64,000 bases of DNA, taken from assembly GCA_051874695.1 (NCBI GenBank), contig JBJEGC010000007.1, positions 231,465-295,464 of the forward strand, given 5' to 3'. Below are positions 1 through 8,700 of the stretch, in pieces. The position numbers and the translations under genes were made by a program. Source of the stretch: Candidatus Bruticola sp. GTDB lineage: Bacteria > Vulcanimicrobiota > Xenobia > Xenobiales > Xenobiaceae. The notes under the pieces are model-generated. The model was given only the letters and a program-made list of their open reading frames with translations. It was not told the origin of the DNA and did no database searches. Each line of letters opens with the position of its first letter. The first letter of the stretch is position 1.

Positions 1-83
1 GGAAATTAGCCGCAGACAGACGAACTTATAGGCCTTTTTGTGTTCGCTTTTTTCATAGAGACAAAACTTGGAGGATAAGTAGT

Positions 84-1022
84 ATGAAGCCAATTAAAGT
101 TGGCGTGGTCGGCATTGGCAGTATGGGAAAAAACCATGCTCGAGTGTGCGCCGAACTACCCCAGATTGAACTTACAGGCATGGTGGATCTCGATGAAGCC
201 AGAGTTGCCCCTTTAGCTCAGCAGTACGGCACACAGTATTATAAAGATTATCATAGTCTCTATGGCAAAATTGACGCTGTGGTTATCGTTGCGCCTACTA
301 ATCTTCACTATCAAATCGCTCAAGACTTTTTAGAGCAGGGCGTTCATGTTTTAGTAGAAAAGCCCATTACTGTCGAGGTTGGTGAGGCCAAACGTTTAGT
401 AACCTCTGCTAAAGAAAAGAATCTTATTTTGCAAGTAGGTCATTTGGAACGCTTTAATCCTGCCGTAATAAAGTTAAAACAAATGGTGGGCAGGCCGGTA
501 CTCATAGAGTGCCATCGTCTTTCCGGTCCTACTACTCGCAGCCTCGATGTCGGTATTATTTGGGATCTGATGATTCACGATTTCGATATACTTTTGAGTC
601 TGTATAAGTCTCCGGTGGCGGAAATTCATGCTATGGGAACTTCTATATACTCTAAATTCGAAGATGTCGCGCATGTACAAATGCGGTTTGAGTGCGGGGC
701 CGTAGCTAGTCTGGTTGCCAGCCGCAATTCCGGAGAACGGAAGCGCAGTCTCAAGATTACTGAAGATACTGGCAGAGTTCTTTCCCTCGATTTTATTAAT
801 CAGACTTTAGTTATTTCTCGCCCCGGCCCCGATGGTCGTCCCCTGGATTTAGAACCTGTTCATATTGACAAAGAGGAACCTCTTCGTTTGGAACTTAGCA
901 ATTTTGCAGATTGTGTAATTAATCACAAAGAGCCTGTTGTCTCTGGCGAAGATGGCAAGCGTGCTCTGGAACTGGCTGTTCATGTTCTGGAGAATATGCA
1001 GAAAATTACGCTTTCTAAATAG
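84..1022 (+). CDS. Gfo/Idh/MocA-family NAD(P)-dependent oxidoreductase (possible GnnA-like UDP-GlcNAc 3-dehydrogenase)
   Basis: 312-aa ORF with a GGAGGA RBS at 71-76. Has the N-terminal Rossmann motif KVGVVGIGSMGKNH and the VLVEKPIT (EKP) motif typical of the family. Lies directly upstream of lpxA. Confidence 0.8.
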   Translation: MKPIKVGVVGIGSMGKNHARVCAELPQIELTGMVDLDEARVAPLAQQYGTQYYKDYHSLYGKIDAVVIVAPTNLHYQIAQDFLEQGVHVLVEKPITVEVGEAKRLVTSAKEKNLILQVGHLERFNPAVIKLKQMVGRPVLIECHRLSGPTTRSLDVGIIWDLMIHDFDILLSLYKSPVAEIHAMGTSIYSKFEDVAHVQMRFECGAVASLVASRNSGERKRSLKITEDTGRVLSLDFINQTLVISRPGPDGRPLDLEPVHIDKEEPLRLELSNFADCVINHKEPVVSGEDGKRALELAVHVLENMQKITLSK

Positions 1023-1073
1023 AGCGGCGGTAAAGAAAAAATTTCGCTTGAAGTACAGAGAGGAGACAAAGAG

Positions 1074-1883
1074 GTGATTCATCCTAGCGCTATAGTTCAT
1101 CCCGGAGCACGTATCGGCGAGGGAGTAGAGATCGGACCTTTCTCTATTATCGGAGAAAATGTCGAGATAGGAGACGGTACTAAAATTATGTCTTCCGTTG
1201 TGATAGACGGATGGACAACTATAGGTAAAAATAACCGCATTTATCCGGGTGCATCCATAGGCTTAGCTCCTCAGGACTTCAGTTATAAAGGACAGCGTTC
1301 ATTTGTTGTTATTGGCGACAATAATGAACTTCGTGAATACGTAACTATTCATCGAGCTGCTGATGAAGATGGAATTACCTCCATAGGCAGCGGCAACCTG
1401 CTCATGGCCAATGTTCACATTGCTCATAATTGCTGTATAGGTAGCCAAATTACTATGGCCAACTATGCCGGCTTGGCCGGGCACACTGTTGTAGAAGATC
1501 AGGCAGTTTTAGGAGGTTTAGTTGGTATCCATCAGCACACCCGCATTGGTCGTTTATGCATGGTGGGCGGATGTTCCAAAATAAACAAAGATCTGCCTCC
1601 TTTCAGCATTGTTGATGGTAACCCTTGCCGCCTCTTCGGCATGAACTTCCGGGGTATGCGCCGCCGCGATATTTCCAAAGAGAGCCGTCTGGCCGTTCAT
1701 AAAGCTATCAATATTTTAGGCAGCTGCGGTCTAACCCTTGATGCTGCCATAGAGCGTATAGACAATGAGTTAGAGCATACTCCTGAAATTGAGCATTTTC
1801 TGACTTTCTTGCGCGGTGCTTCCCATATGGGAGTTCTTAACAAGGCCAGCAACGTGGGAGCGAGAGCTCACAGCAACGCTTAG
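1074..1883 (+). CDS. lpxA: Acyl-ACP--UDP-N-acetylglucosamine O-acyltransferase LpxA
   Basis: 269-aa ORF with a GTG start after AGAGGAG. The N-terminus IHPSAIVHPGARIGEGVEIGPFSIIGENVEIGDGT is a hexapeptide left-handed beta-helix. The C-terminal helical domain and the length fit LpxA, and lpxB follows. Confidence 0.9.
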   Translation: MIHPSAIVHPGARIGEGVEIGPFSIIGENVEIGDGTKIMSSVVIDGWTTIGKNNRIYPGASIGLAPQDFSYKGQRSFVVIGDNNELREYVTIHRAADEDGITSIGSGNLLMANVHIAHNCCIGSQITMANYAGLAGHTVVEDQAVLGGLVGIHQHTRIGRLCMVGGCSKINKDLPPFSIVDGNPCRLFGMNFRGMRRRDISKESRLAVHKAINILGSCGLTLDAAIERIDNELEHTPEIEHFLTFLRGASHMGVLNKASNVGARAHSNA

Positions 1884-1894
1884 TTGGTGCAGTT

Positions 1895-4342
1895 TTGACA
1901 GAGAGTAACCGGCAACAATCATCTGCTTATCCCCAGCTGACAGTTGCGATAATTGCCATAGAGCCTTCTGCCGATCTTCATGGAAGTAATTTGGCCAAGG
2001 CTCTTTTGGCGATTAATCCTAATTTAAAACTTGTTGGTGTAGGCGGTTCACACATGGCCGCGTCGGGAGTCAATCTTTGGTTAAAAACCACAGATATGGC
2101 GGTTATAGGTCCCGGCGGGGCTATTTCTCGTTTGCATAAGTATATATACCACTACCTATATGTACGTTCGCATCTGCTGAAGGAGCATCCTCATCTTAGT
2201 ATTTTAATAGACTGCCCTGCCGTTAATATGCGCTATGCCGGTCTTTTAACCCGTTATGGATATCATTCGGTATATTATTTCCCTCCTTCTGCCTGGACGA
2301 CAAGTGAAGCGCGTTTGCGGCAAATTTTTAGTCGTACTGACAAGGTAATTTGTACTTTTTTAAGCAATGCCGAAAATTATCGACGCTTCGGTATGGACGT
2401 CGATTTTTTCGGTCATCCTCTTATTGATATACCTGAGTTGGCGATATCTGCGGAAGAGGCTAAAAGTAAACTCGGTTTGGTCGGAGACAATATTCTAGCT
2501 GTATTGCCAGGCAGTCGTGCGCCGGAAATAAAGTACTTGTTACCGGTCTTTTTGCAAATTGCTGCCGAGCTCCGTAAGGAAATTGAAGACTTGCAGGTTC
2601 TGATACCATGTGCCACCCAAGCTCTTCGCAGGCAAATTGTTGCTTTTATGGGGGATCGCTTTCCCTATGTACGTGTTCTAGATGGAGAGTCCCGTTTGGC
2701 TCTCTTATCTTGCCGGGCGGCTTTAATGAGCTCCGGTACTGCCAGTTTGGAGGCTGCCATTTTAGGTACTCCGATGGTCTTGTCTTACAAACTTTGCCCC
2801 TTCGATGCCGTTATAGGTCGTTTTTTGCTTTGGAGCGGTCTGCTTAAAATTGAACATATCGGACTGCCCAGTTTAGTTGTTGGCCGCCGTATAGTTCCCG
2901 AATTTCTTCAGGATGAAGTCTCTCCCGAAAATATTCTCCCTCATCTGCGCAATTTTATGCGCGATACTCCTGAACGGCGCCAAGTTAAACAAGAACTTTT
3001 AGATATGAGAAATTCTATGGGAGCTCCGGGAGTTGTTGCTAAAATAGCCTCTTCTTTATACAGACGTATTGAGAGTAATGCGGCTGAGCGTCAGGCTGAA
3101 CCTTTTGATATTGTAATTACTTCTAATTCGCCGGGAGAGGTAGCTGCTTGGGTGCGGCGCACTACCACTCAACTTGAGGCCAGAAATAACGGACAGTTTC
3201 GGGTTATTGTAGCTTTAGTTCCCTGCCCCTATGCTTCGGGAGCGGAAGCGGAGGTGGCTGCTGCTCTTCCTGGTGTTTCCGTTGTGTTGACTCCCAGCCA
3301 AACTTTGCGGTTAATGGGGGGCTTTTTTAAAGATTTTCAGTTTCGCCGTCGGGGCGTAGTAGTATTTTTAGGCGGTGATTTGATTCATGCCAAAATTTTA
3401 TCTTGGCGTCTAAAGTATCGATCTATAGCCTACGCGGCTAGGTACAATCAACTTATTTCATATTTTGATAAAGTGGCCGCTTCGGATGTTTCATTGGCCG
3501 AAGAATTGTCTGAGGCTGGAGTTCGTGAAGTTGTTACCATAGGCAATTTAAGCGTTGACGGAGTTCTTTCCGAGGTAGATCGGGAAGCCGCCGGTAGCCT
3601 TCAAAAGCGAAAGGGAGTAAAAATTGGCATTTTCCCCGGGTCGCGCTTTTTGCACACAAAAATAGCTTTGGGAGTCTTTTTGCGCGTGGCGGCTTTAATT
3701 AAAACGTGCCATCCTGAAGTCGAATTCGTTCTTTCAGTGTCGCCTTTTGTTTCTAAAGCCAGACTGGAGTCGGCGCTGTACAGTCCCTTCAGCTTAGGAT
3801 TGCCAGTGGCTAAGGGGAAATTTGTGAGCTCTGATCGCATTGAAGTTGAGTGTTTGCATGAAGCTGAAAACGCAGCCGGGCGTAACTTTGAGGTGGAAGT
3901 GCTGTGGGGTCATCCTTACCAAGCTATTGCAGAAATAGATATGGCCCTGACTATTCCCGGTACCAATACGGGAGAATTGGGCTGCTGTGGTAAACCCATG
4001 GTAATTGGCCTTTCGGCTGATGCTTCTTTACCTAGAGGAGGGCTTGGCGGTCTATTGGAGCAGATTCCTATATTATCGAAGCTAAAGCGCCGTCTGCGTC
4101 TGCGCTCTTACGAACGTCACGGTTTTGCTGCTATTCCCAATCGTATTGCCTCTAGAGTTGTAGTCCCCGAAATTTTAGTTAAAAAAGATACTTCTGTGCT
4201 GGCGCAGCCTATTTTAGATTGGATTGAAAATCCGGAGAAGTGTGCCCGTGTTTCCCAAGATTTAAAAGACACCATGAAAACAACGGAAGGAGCTGGTGAG
4301 CGCATGGCTGATTTGATTTTGAGTTTGGTCGATTCTAAATGA
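1895..4342 (+). CDS. lpxB: Lipid-A-disaccharide synthase LpxB fused to a second LpxB-like (GT19-like) module
   Basis: 815-aa ORF with a TTG start. Residues ~14-395 carry LpxB hallmarks (EPSADLHGSNL, VLPGSRAPEI, SSGTASLEAAILGTPMV). Residues ~405-815 repeat the same architecture with diverged motifs (ITSNSPGEVAAW, IFPGSRFLHTKI, IPGTNTGELGCCGKPMV). Confidence 0.85.
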   Translation: MTESNRQQSSAYPQLTVAIIAIEPSADLHGSNLAKALLAINPNLKLVGVGGSHMAASGVNLWLKTTDMAVIGPGGAISRLHKYIYHYLYVRSHLLKEHPHLSILIDCPAVNMRYAGLLTRYGYHSVYYFPPSAWTTSEARLRQIFSRTDKVICTFLSNAENYRRFGMDVDFFGHPLIDIPELAISAEEAKSKLGLVGDNILAVLPGSRAPEIKYLLPVFLQIAAELRKEIEDLQVLIPCATQALRRQIVAFMGDRFPYVRVLDGESRLALLSCRAALMSSGTASLEAAILGTPMVLSYKLCPFDAVIGRFLLWSGLLKIEHIGLPSLVVGRRIVPEFLQDEVSPENILPHLRNFMRDTPERRQVKQELLDMRNSMGAPGVVAKIASSLYRRIESNAAERQAEPFDIVITSNSPGEVAAWVRRTTTQLEARNNGQFRVIVALVPCPYASGAEAEVAAALPGVSVVLTPSQTLRLMGGFFKDFQFRRRGVVVFLGGDLIHAKILSWRLKYRSIAYAARYNQLISYFDKVAASDVSLAEELSEAGVREVVTIGNLSVDGVLSEVDREAAGSLQKRKGVKIGIFPGSRFLHTKIALGVFLRVAALIKTCHPEVEFVLSVSPFVSKARLESALYSPFSLGLPVAKGKFVSSDRIEVECLHEAENAAGRNFEVEVLWGHPYQAIAEIDMALTIPGTNTGELGCCGKPMVIGLSADASLPRGGLGGLLEQIPILSKLKRRLRLRSYERHGFAAIPNRIASRVVVPEILVKKDTSVLAQPILDWIENPEKCARVSQDLKDTMKTTEGAGERMADLILSLVDSK

Positions 4343-4343
4343 T

Positions 4344-4997
4344 ATGAAAATTCCGAATGAAAATTGCCCCAAAATTGCTCCTCCTTTTATTTTCAAGTGG
4401 CGCGGCCTGATCATGGCGGCGGTGACTGCCGTTATATTGGTCGCTGCTAAACCTACTTTAGTCGCTTGCTGTTGGGGAGCATGCCTAGCAACTTTAGGAG
4501 AGCTGCTGCGCTCATGGGCTCTAGGTTGGACTGGAGAACATACGCGCAGCCAAGAACTTAAGGCTTCCTTTTTGGTTACCGGCGGGCCTTATAAATATGT
4601 GCGCAATCCGCTGTATCTGGGAAATATTTTGAACGGATTGGGGGTTTTAGTGGCTGCTGTCGGAGATATGCCTTGTGTAGGGGCAGTAGCCCTCTGGATT
4701 TTTGGTATTTTATCCCTTTACATAGTTTATGCTTCGTGCATAATTTCTGAAGAAGCCTTCTTGGCTATGCGTTTTGGAGATATATTTTTTCGCTATAGAG
4801 CTGTTACGCCAACAATTTTACCTCGTTGGGGACAGTATTTAAATTTTATAAGCAGCTTTTTTAACTCTTCTTCTCATACCGATGTTAAGGCAGATGGAGA
4901 AGGATTCTTTTCTTGGCAGTCTTTAAAGTTTGAGTACAGTACCTGGGGATGGCTTATCGCTGTTTGGTCCCTTTTGTTGGCAAAGATATATATGTAA
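4344..4997 (+). CDS. ICMT/PEMT-family membrane methyltransferase (possible LmtA-like lipid A phosphate methyltransferase)
   Basis: 217-aa ORF starting 1 nt after the lpxB stop. Has several hydrophobic helices and the YKYVRNPLYLGNIL motif characteristic of isoprenylcysteine carboxyl methyltransferase-like enzymes. Confidence 0.75.
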   Translation: MKIPNENCPKIAPPFIFKWRGLIMAAVTAVILVAAKPTLVACCWGACLATLGELLRSWALGWTGEHTRSQELKASFLVTGGPYKYVRNPLYLGNILNGLGVLVAAVGDMPCVGAVALWIFGILSLYIVYASCIISEEAFLAMRFGDIFFRYRAVTPTILPRWGQYLNFISSFFNSSSHTDVKADGEGFFSWQSLKFEYSTWGWLIAVWSLLLAKIYM

Positions 4998-5004
4998 AGA
5001 ATGT

Positions 5005-5044
5005 CGCGTGCTTATTTTTGAGTCAGCAGTAAAATAAGCACGCG
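5005..5044. terminator. Bidirectional intrinsic terminator hairpin between convergent operons
   Basis: Perfect 14-bp inverted repeat CGCGTGCTTATTTT (5005-5018) / AAAATAAGCACGCG (5031-5044). Sits between the stops at 4997 (+) and 5071 (-). Confidence 0.6.
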
Positions 5045-5070
5045 AAGTATTTTTATCTATTGTTTCCTAA

Positions 5071-6249
5071 TTAAGGATGTTTGGCGGATATTTCGGTAAG
5101 AATTTGAGCCATGCGTGCCGCTCCTCCGGGAGGGCCCAGCCGCTCTCTACCGATAGCCCCGCGCCGCTCTCGGTCGGCTTTATTTTGGATAAGCTGACAG
5201 AGAGTTTCTATGATCTCTGGATCGTAATCTTCACAAACGATAAGAGCTTCACCCAGCAGTCCTTTCTGTCTGGCTCTGTACCATTTTAAACGAGTTTCTC
5301 CGCCTGGTTCATAGGCCACAATGGGAATACCATGACCGGCAGCCTGTTCATGGGCTGTGCCGGCTAAACCTAAAGCAACTTGACTGTATTTGAGTACATC
5401 GGCTAGATGACCCTTTACTAGGAAAAAGCGGGTTAGCGGGGTTGCACCGCTACTGACAGAGGTAAGCTTGCTCCAACCGGGATAAGGTGTTTCTTCTGTG
5501 ATAAATCCGGGACATGACTTGGCTAGTTTTTCAGTGTCGATAGAGGGAGCTACTGCAATAAAGGCGCATATCTTTTTGCCTAAGCGTTGAGACAGCATTT
5601 GGCTTATGTTCAACAGGCGGGGAAGTACTCGGTAAGTTGCCTGTCTGCTGCCGGGAAATAGAGCTAAGCCCACTTCTTGACTATCATCTAGGCTAAAGTT
5701 TAGCTCTTGAGGGACTAAGCCGTCCATCATGGCATTGCCTACCCAGATAGCTTTGACTCCTTTTTTACGTAGGCTTTCAGCTGTAGGTTCATCCCGTACA
5801 ATAGAACGAACCTTAAAAGTTCTCAGAACCCAAGCTTCTAAGGCAGAGTAGGGATGGTGGTAATCTGATTTAGCCGTGCCGATAAACGTGATGGGACGTA
5901 TGCCGGAAAGCGCAGCTAAAATAACCGGCCATAGATCGCCTACTGCCACAATCTGGTTAAAATAGCTGCGGTTAGAACGCAGCCAAAATAATTGTTTTAA
6001 AGTTAAACAGGCTAAACCGTTGCCAAGATCTTTCCAAAAATTGCGCCAATCTTCTTGAATAAGGCCGCCGCTGGGCATGTTGCGTATAGGGCCGCTTATG
6101 GGAGCTATTCCTTTGTAAGCAGATCCCTCTCCGACTAAAGGTAAAGCTTCTATGGGGAGCGATTTAGGCAGTTCTGTAATAATCTGAGCCGCTATAGAAT
6201 CTTCACCGGCTCCGTTGGATACAAATAAAAGGCGTCGAGGGACAGACAC
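5071..6249 (-). CDS. Lipid-A-disaccharide synthase-related glycosyltransferase (stand-alone LpxB-like)
   Basis: 392-aa ORF. The N-terminus LLFVSNGAGEDSIAAQI, LFPGSRQATY and LAGTAHEQAAGHGIPIV parallel the LpxB motifs. Resembles the LpxB-related family I recall from cyanobacteria (TIGR03492). Last gene of the lpxD operon. Confidence 0.65.
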   Translation of the reverse strand: MSVPRRLLFVSNGAGEDSIAAQIITELPKSLPIEALPLVGEGSAYKGIAPISGPIRNMPSGGLIQEDWRNFWKDLGNGLACLTLKQLFWLRSNRSYFNQIVAVGDLWPVILAALSGIRPITFIGTAKSDYHHPYSALEAWVLRTFKVRSIVRDEPTAESLRKKGVKAIWVGNAMMDGLVPQELNFSLDDSQEVGLALFPGSRQATYRVLPRLLNISQMLSQRLGKKICAFIAVAPSIDTEKLAKSCPGFITEETPYPGWSKLTSVSSGATPLTRFFLVKGHLADVLKYSQVALGLAGTAHEQAAGHGIPIVAYEPGGETRLKWYRARQKGLLGEALIVCEDYDPEIIETLCQLIQNKADRERRGAIGRERLGPPGGAARMAQILTEISAKHP

Positions 6250-6279
6250 AATCTCTCCTTTTCAGCTTCAGTAAAGAAT

Positions 6280-7125
6280 TTAAGCCAAACTGAGTAATTC
6301 GCAGGTACTTAGCTGTGGATTCTCTATATTGTAATCAATTTTGTTTATATTTTGGGCAAAAGCTCCAGTTTGCACAATAAAAGAACCGTTTATTTCACAG
6401 GGCGCATCCAGCCTGGTGTGAGTATGGCCTCCTAAAATCCAGGTGCCGGGTGGCAAATTCTCGGCTAATTTTTGATCTCGGTCGAAGCCAATGTGGCTAA
6501 GAATTATTAAGTTAGTTTTTAATCCTATATTTTTTGAATAGCGGCGGGCCACCTGAGGAAGAGTGGTCTCCGCTTCAAAAAAACGGAAGCCAAATAGCTT
6601 TTCCCATACCGCATTGTGGGGGTACTGTACGGGAACGGCAGACAAAATCAGGAGAGCATAATTGGAGCTCCAAGATCGATTGAAGAGTGCTAAGGCTGGG
6701 ATCCAGCGCTTTGAAGACAGCTCCTGCCAAATCTGTGACTGTCTCCAATTAACGGAACTACAGTCTATGAGCGGTATGTTTTGAATATTTTCGACAAATT
6801 CATGCTGATCGAGAGGGCCACTTAGGCGCATATCTGACAAGTTGGTACATATAAGAGGAAAAGAACGCTGTTTGGCTCTTTTATCTAAAATGCGCCTTTG
6901 ATAGTTGAATTCACGATTGCCCATGGCCATGGCTGCGCAGCCGATAGCACTCATTTTCTCTAAGTTAGGTTCAAAATTTTTCCATACTGTGTTGGAGCCG
7001 ATTAGGGCGTCGCCGCTGTCAAAATAGAGAGCCTTGTCAGCTGCTACAGCGGCGGATGCTCTGCTGCTTAACCAGGCTAAAGCTTCGCCGTGGCCGTGCA
7101 TGTCGTTGGTATGATAAATAAGCAT
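6280..7125 (-). CDS. Calcineurin-like metallophosphoesterase with a GNR motif (candidate UDP-2,3-diacylglucosamine hydrolase)
   Basis: 281-aa ORF with metallophosphoesterase motifs in order: NDMHGH, DSGDA, GNREF (Arg in place of the usual His, codon at 6913-6915), SHIGF, GGHTHT. Embedded in the lpxD operon. Confidence 0.75.
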   Translation of the reverse strand: MLIYHTNDMHGHGEALAWLSSRASAAVAADKALYFDSGDALIGSNTVWKNFEPNLEKMSAIGCAAMAMGNREFNYQRRILDKRAKQRSFPLICTNLSDMRLSGPLDQHEFVENIQNIPLIDCSSVNWRQSQIWQELSSKRWIPALALFNRSWSSNYALLILSAVPVQYPHNAVWEKLFGFRFFEAETTLPQVARRYSKNIGLKTNLIILSHIGFDRDQKLAENLPPGTWILGGHTHTRLDAPCEINGSFIVQTGAFAQNINKIDYNIENPQLSTCELLSLA

Positions 7126-7148
7126 GGAACTCAGATAGTTTACCGAAA

Positions 7149-7724
7149 CTAACTTTTGCTTTTCTTAGAGGACTTGGAATCTCTTTCTTGAGCCACTTCG
7201 GCATAGACTTGACGGTAGCGGTCCAATCCTATCGCTTTGCCAATTACAATTCCGTACCCTAATATCCATCCTACTCCGGCTAAAGAGGCGCCGCCGATAT
7301 ATACGCCAATCAATAGACCGATACATCCGAAGATTAAGCTGTTCAGCATGGGTTTGGAATCTAGAGATATGGAGTAACCCAAAGAAAGGCCGATAATTGC
7401 TCCCACAAGTCCGTAGTAGCTGCCTTTGCCTATGTCAGCAGCTGTAGTTGCAATTGCTAAACTGGCTTTGGCTGCCTGCACAAGTGGGGAAGCCGATTGA
7501 CCGGCATCTATAATGGAGTTGGCTCCCCACAAAAAGCCCATCATCAATCCCATACCGGCAAAACAAAGGCAGTATAGGGCCCTTTGCTGTTTTGTAAGAA
7601 AAGTCGTCTGCTGCTTATCCGAATTGCCGTTCTGGGCGGCAGCAGAAGCAGTAGCTTTCTTGTCTTGTTTTGTGTTTTTCTTTTCTTTCTTCTTGTTGTC
7701 TTTCGGAGAAGATGAATCACTCAT
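7149..7724 (-). CDS. Small Gly-rich integral membrane protein, function unknown
   Basis: 191-aa ORF with Lys/Ser-rich termini and central Gly-zipper-like hydrophobic segments (GLLIGVYIGGASLAGVGWILGYGIVIG). Its start overlaps the lpxD stop by 8 nt. Confidence 0.6.
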   Translation of the reverse strand: MSDSSSPKDNKKKEKKNTKQDKKATASAAAQNGNSDKQQTTFLTKQQRALYCLCFAGMGLMMGFLWGANSIIDAGQSASPLVQAAKASLAIATTAADIGKGSYYGLVGAIIGLSLGYSISLDSKPMLNSLIFGCIGLLIGVYIGGASLAGVGWILGYGIVIGKAIGLDRYRQVYAEVAQERDSKSSKKSKS

Positions 7725-8700
7725 GGTTTGTTTCTCTGTCCTTTGGGGATAATTTTGCCAATTTCTTTATTTGCTCCCAGTTTTTCACAGGAAGCTGATG
7801 CATAGCGATACGGCGCATTGACATTTTGTGAGCTTCGGCTGGATCGCCAGACCATACTGATTGACCGGCCGGGATGTCTTTATCTACTCCCGATCTGGCT
7901 GCTACCGTAGCACAATTACCGACACGGCATCCTTCTTTTATTAGGCATTGTCCGGCAGCTATGGATAATTTTCCAATATGGACCCTCTCCTGCAGGCAGT
8001 TTTGAGAAATAATTATAGCCAGAGGTTCTACAACTACTTCTCTGTTTATGCAGGCTAAATTGTCTATACGCACTCCTTGGCCAATATTTGTTTTTGAGCC
8101 AATAAAACAGCGGGCGCCAATTTCAATGTCGCTTGCTAAGGAGGCTTCGTCATCGATAACAGTAAGCGGTCCCACTAGACTTGAGCCGCTTAATTTTACG
8201 TTCTTGCCTAAAGAAACTCCGGGCATCAGACGGGTATCCGCCCCAATAAAACTTCCGCTGCCTATACTTACGTGAGCTTGAATTTGGCAGCGATCGCCAA
8301 CGGTTACTCCGTCTTCGATAACAGCAAAGGGACCGATGTAAGCTGTTGGAGCTATATTGGCTGAACTGCTCACATAGGAAGTTTTATGTATGCCTGGCTG
8401 GAAGTGAACGGGAGGGTAATATAAATCGAGAAGCTGGGCATAGGCTACTCGCGCATTTTTTACCAATATCGCCGGCGTGTCAGTTTGTATTTTTTCTGGT
8501 ATGATTACCGCAGCAAAACCGAGGCGCACCGCTTCCTGCAATACATTCTCATTTTCAGCGAAAGTAATTGCTGAATCCAAATTGTGACAGGAAGCCGCAT
8601 CTAGACCGGTCACTTCTTTTATAGTCAGAGAAGCACTTTCCGGTATGTTTAGGCGTCCTCCGAGAAAATCGGCCAATTCTTCTAAGTTCTTTACCACCAT
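7717..8700 (-). CDS. lpxD: UDP-3-O-acylglucosamine N-acyltransferase LpxD
   Basis: 327-aa ORF. The N-terminal LpxD-type domain (LEELADFLGGRL..ITFAENENVLQEA) is followed by hexapeptide-repeat beta-helix (IGDRCQIQAHVSIGSGSFIGADTRL). Confidence 0.9.
   Translation of the reverse strand: MVVKNLEELADFLGGRLNIPESASLTIKEVTGLDAASCHNLDSAITFAENENVLQEAVRLGFAAVIIPEKIQTDTPAILVKNARVAYAQLLDLYYPPVHFQPGIHKTSYVSSSANIAPTAYIGPFAVIEDGVTVGDRCQIQAHVSIGSGSFIGADTRLMPGVSLGKNVKLSGSSLVGPLTVIDDEASLASDIEIGARCFIGSKTNIGQGVRIDNLACINREVVVEPLAIIISQNCLQERVHIGKLSIAAGQCLIKEGCRVGNCATVAARSGVDKDIPAGQSVWSGDPAEAHKMSMRRIAMHQLPVKNWEQIKKLAKLSPKDRETNHE

Noticed and set aside
21-56. Possible terminator at the left edge (CGAAC...GTTCG followed by CTTTTTT).
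   Set aside because: The stem is only 5 bp with a 16-nt loop, and the upstream gene is not visible.
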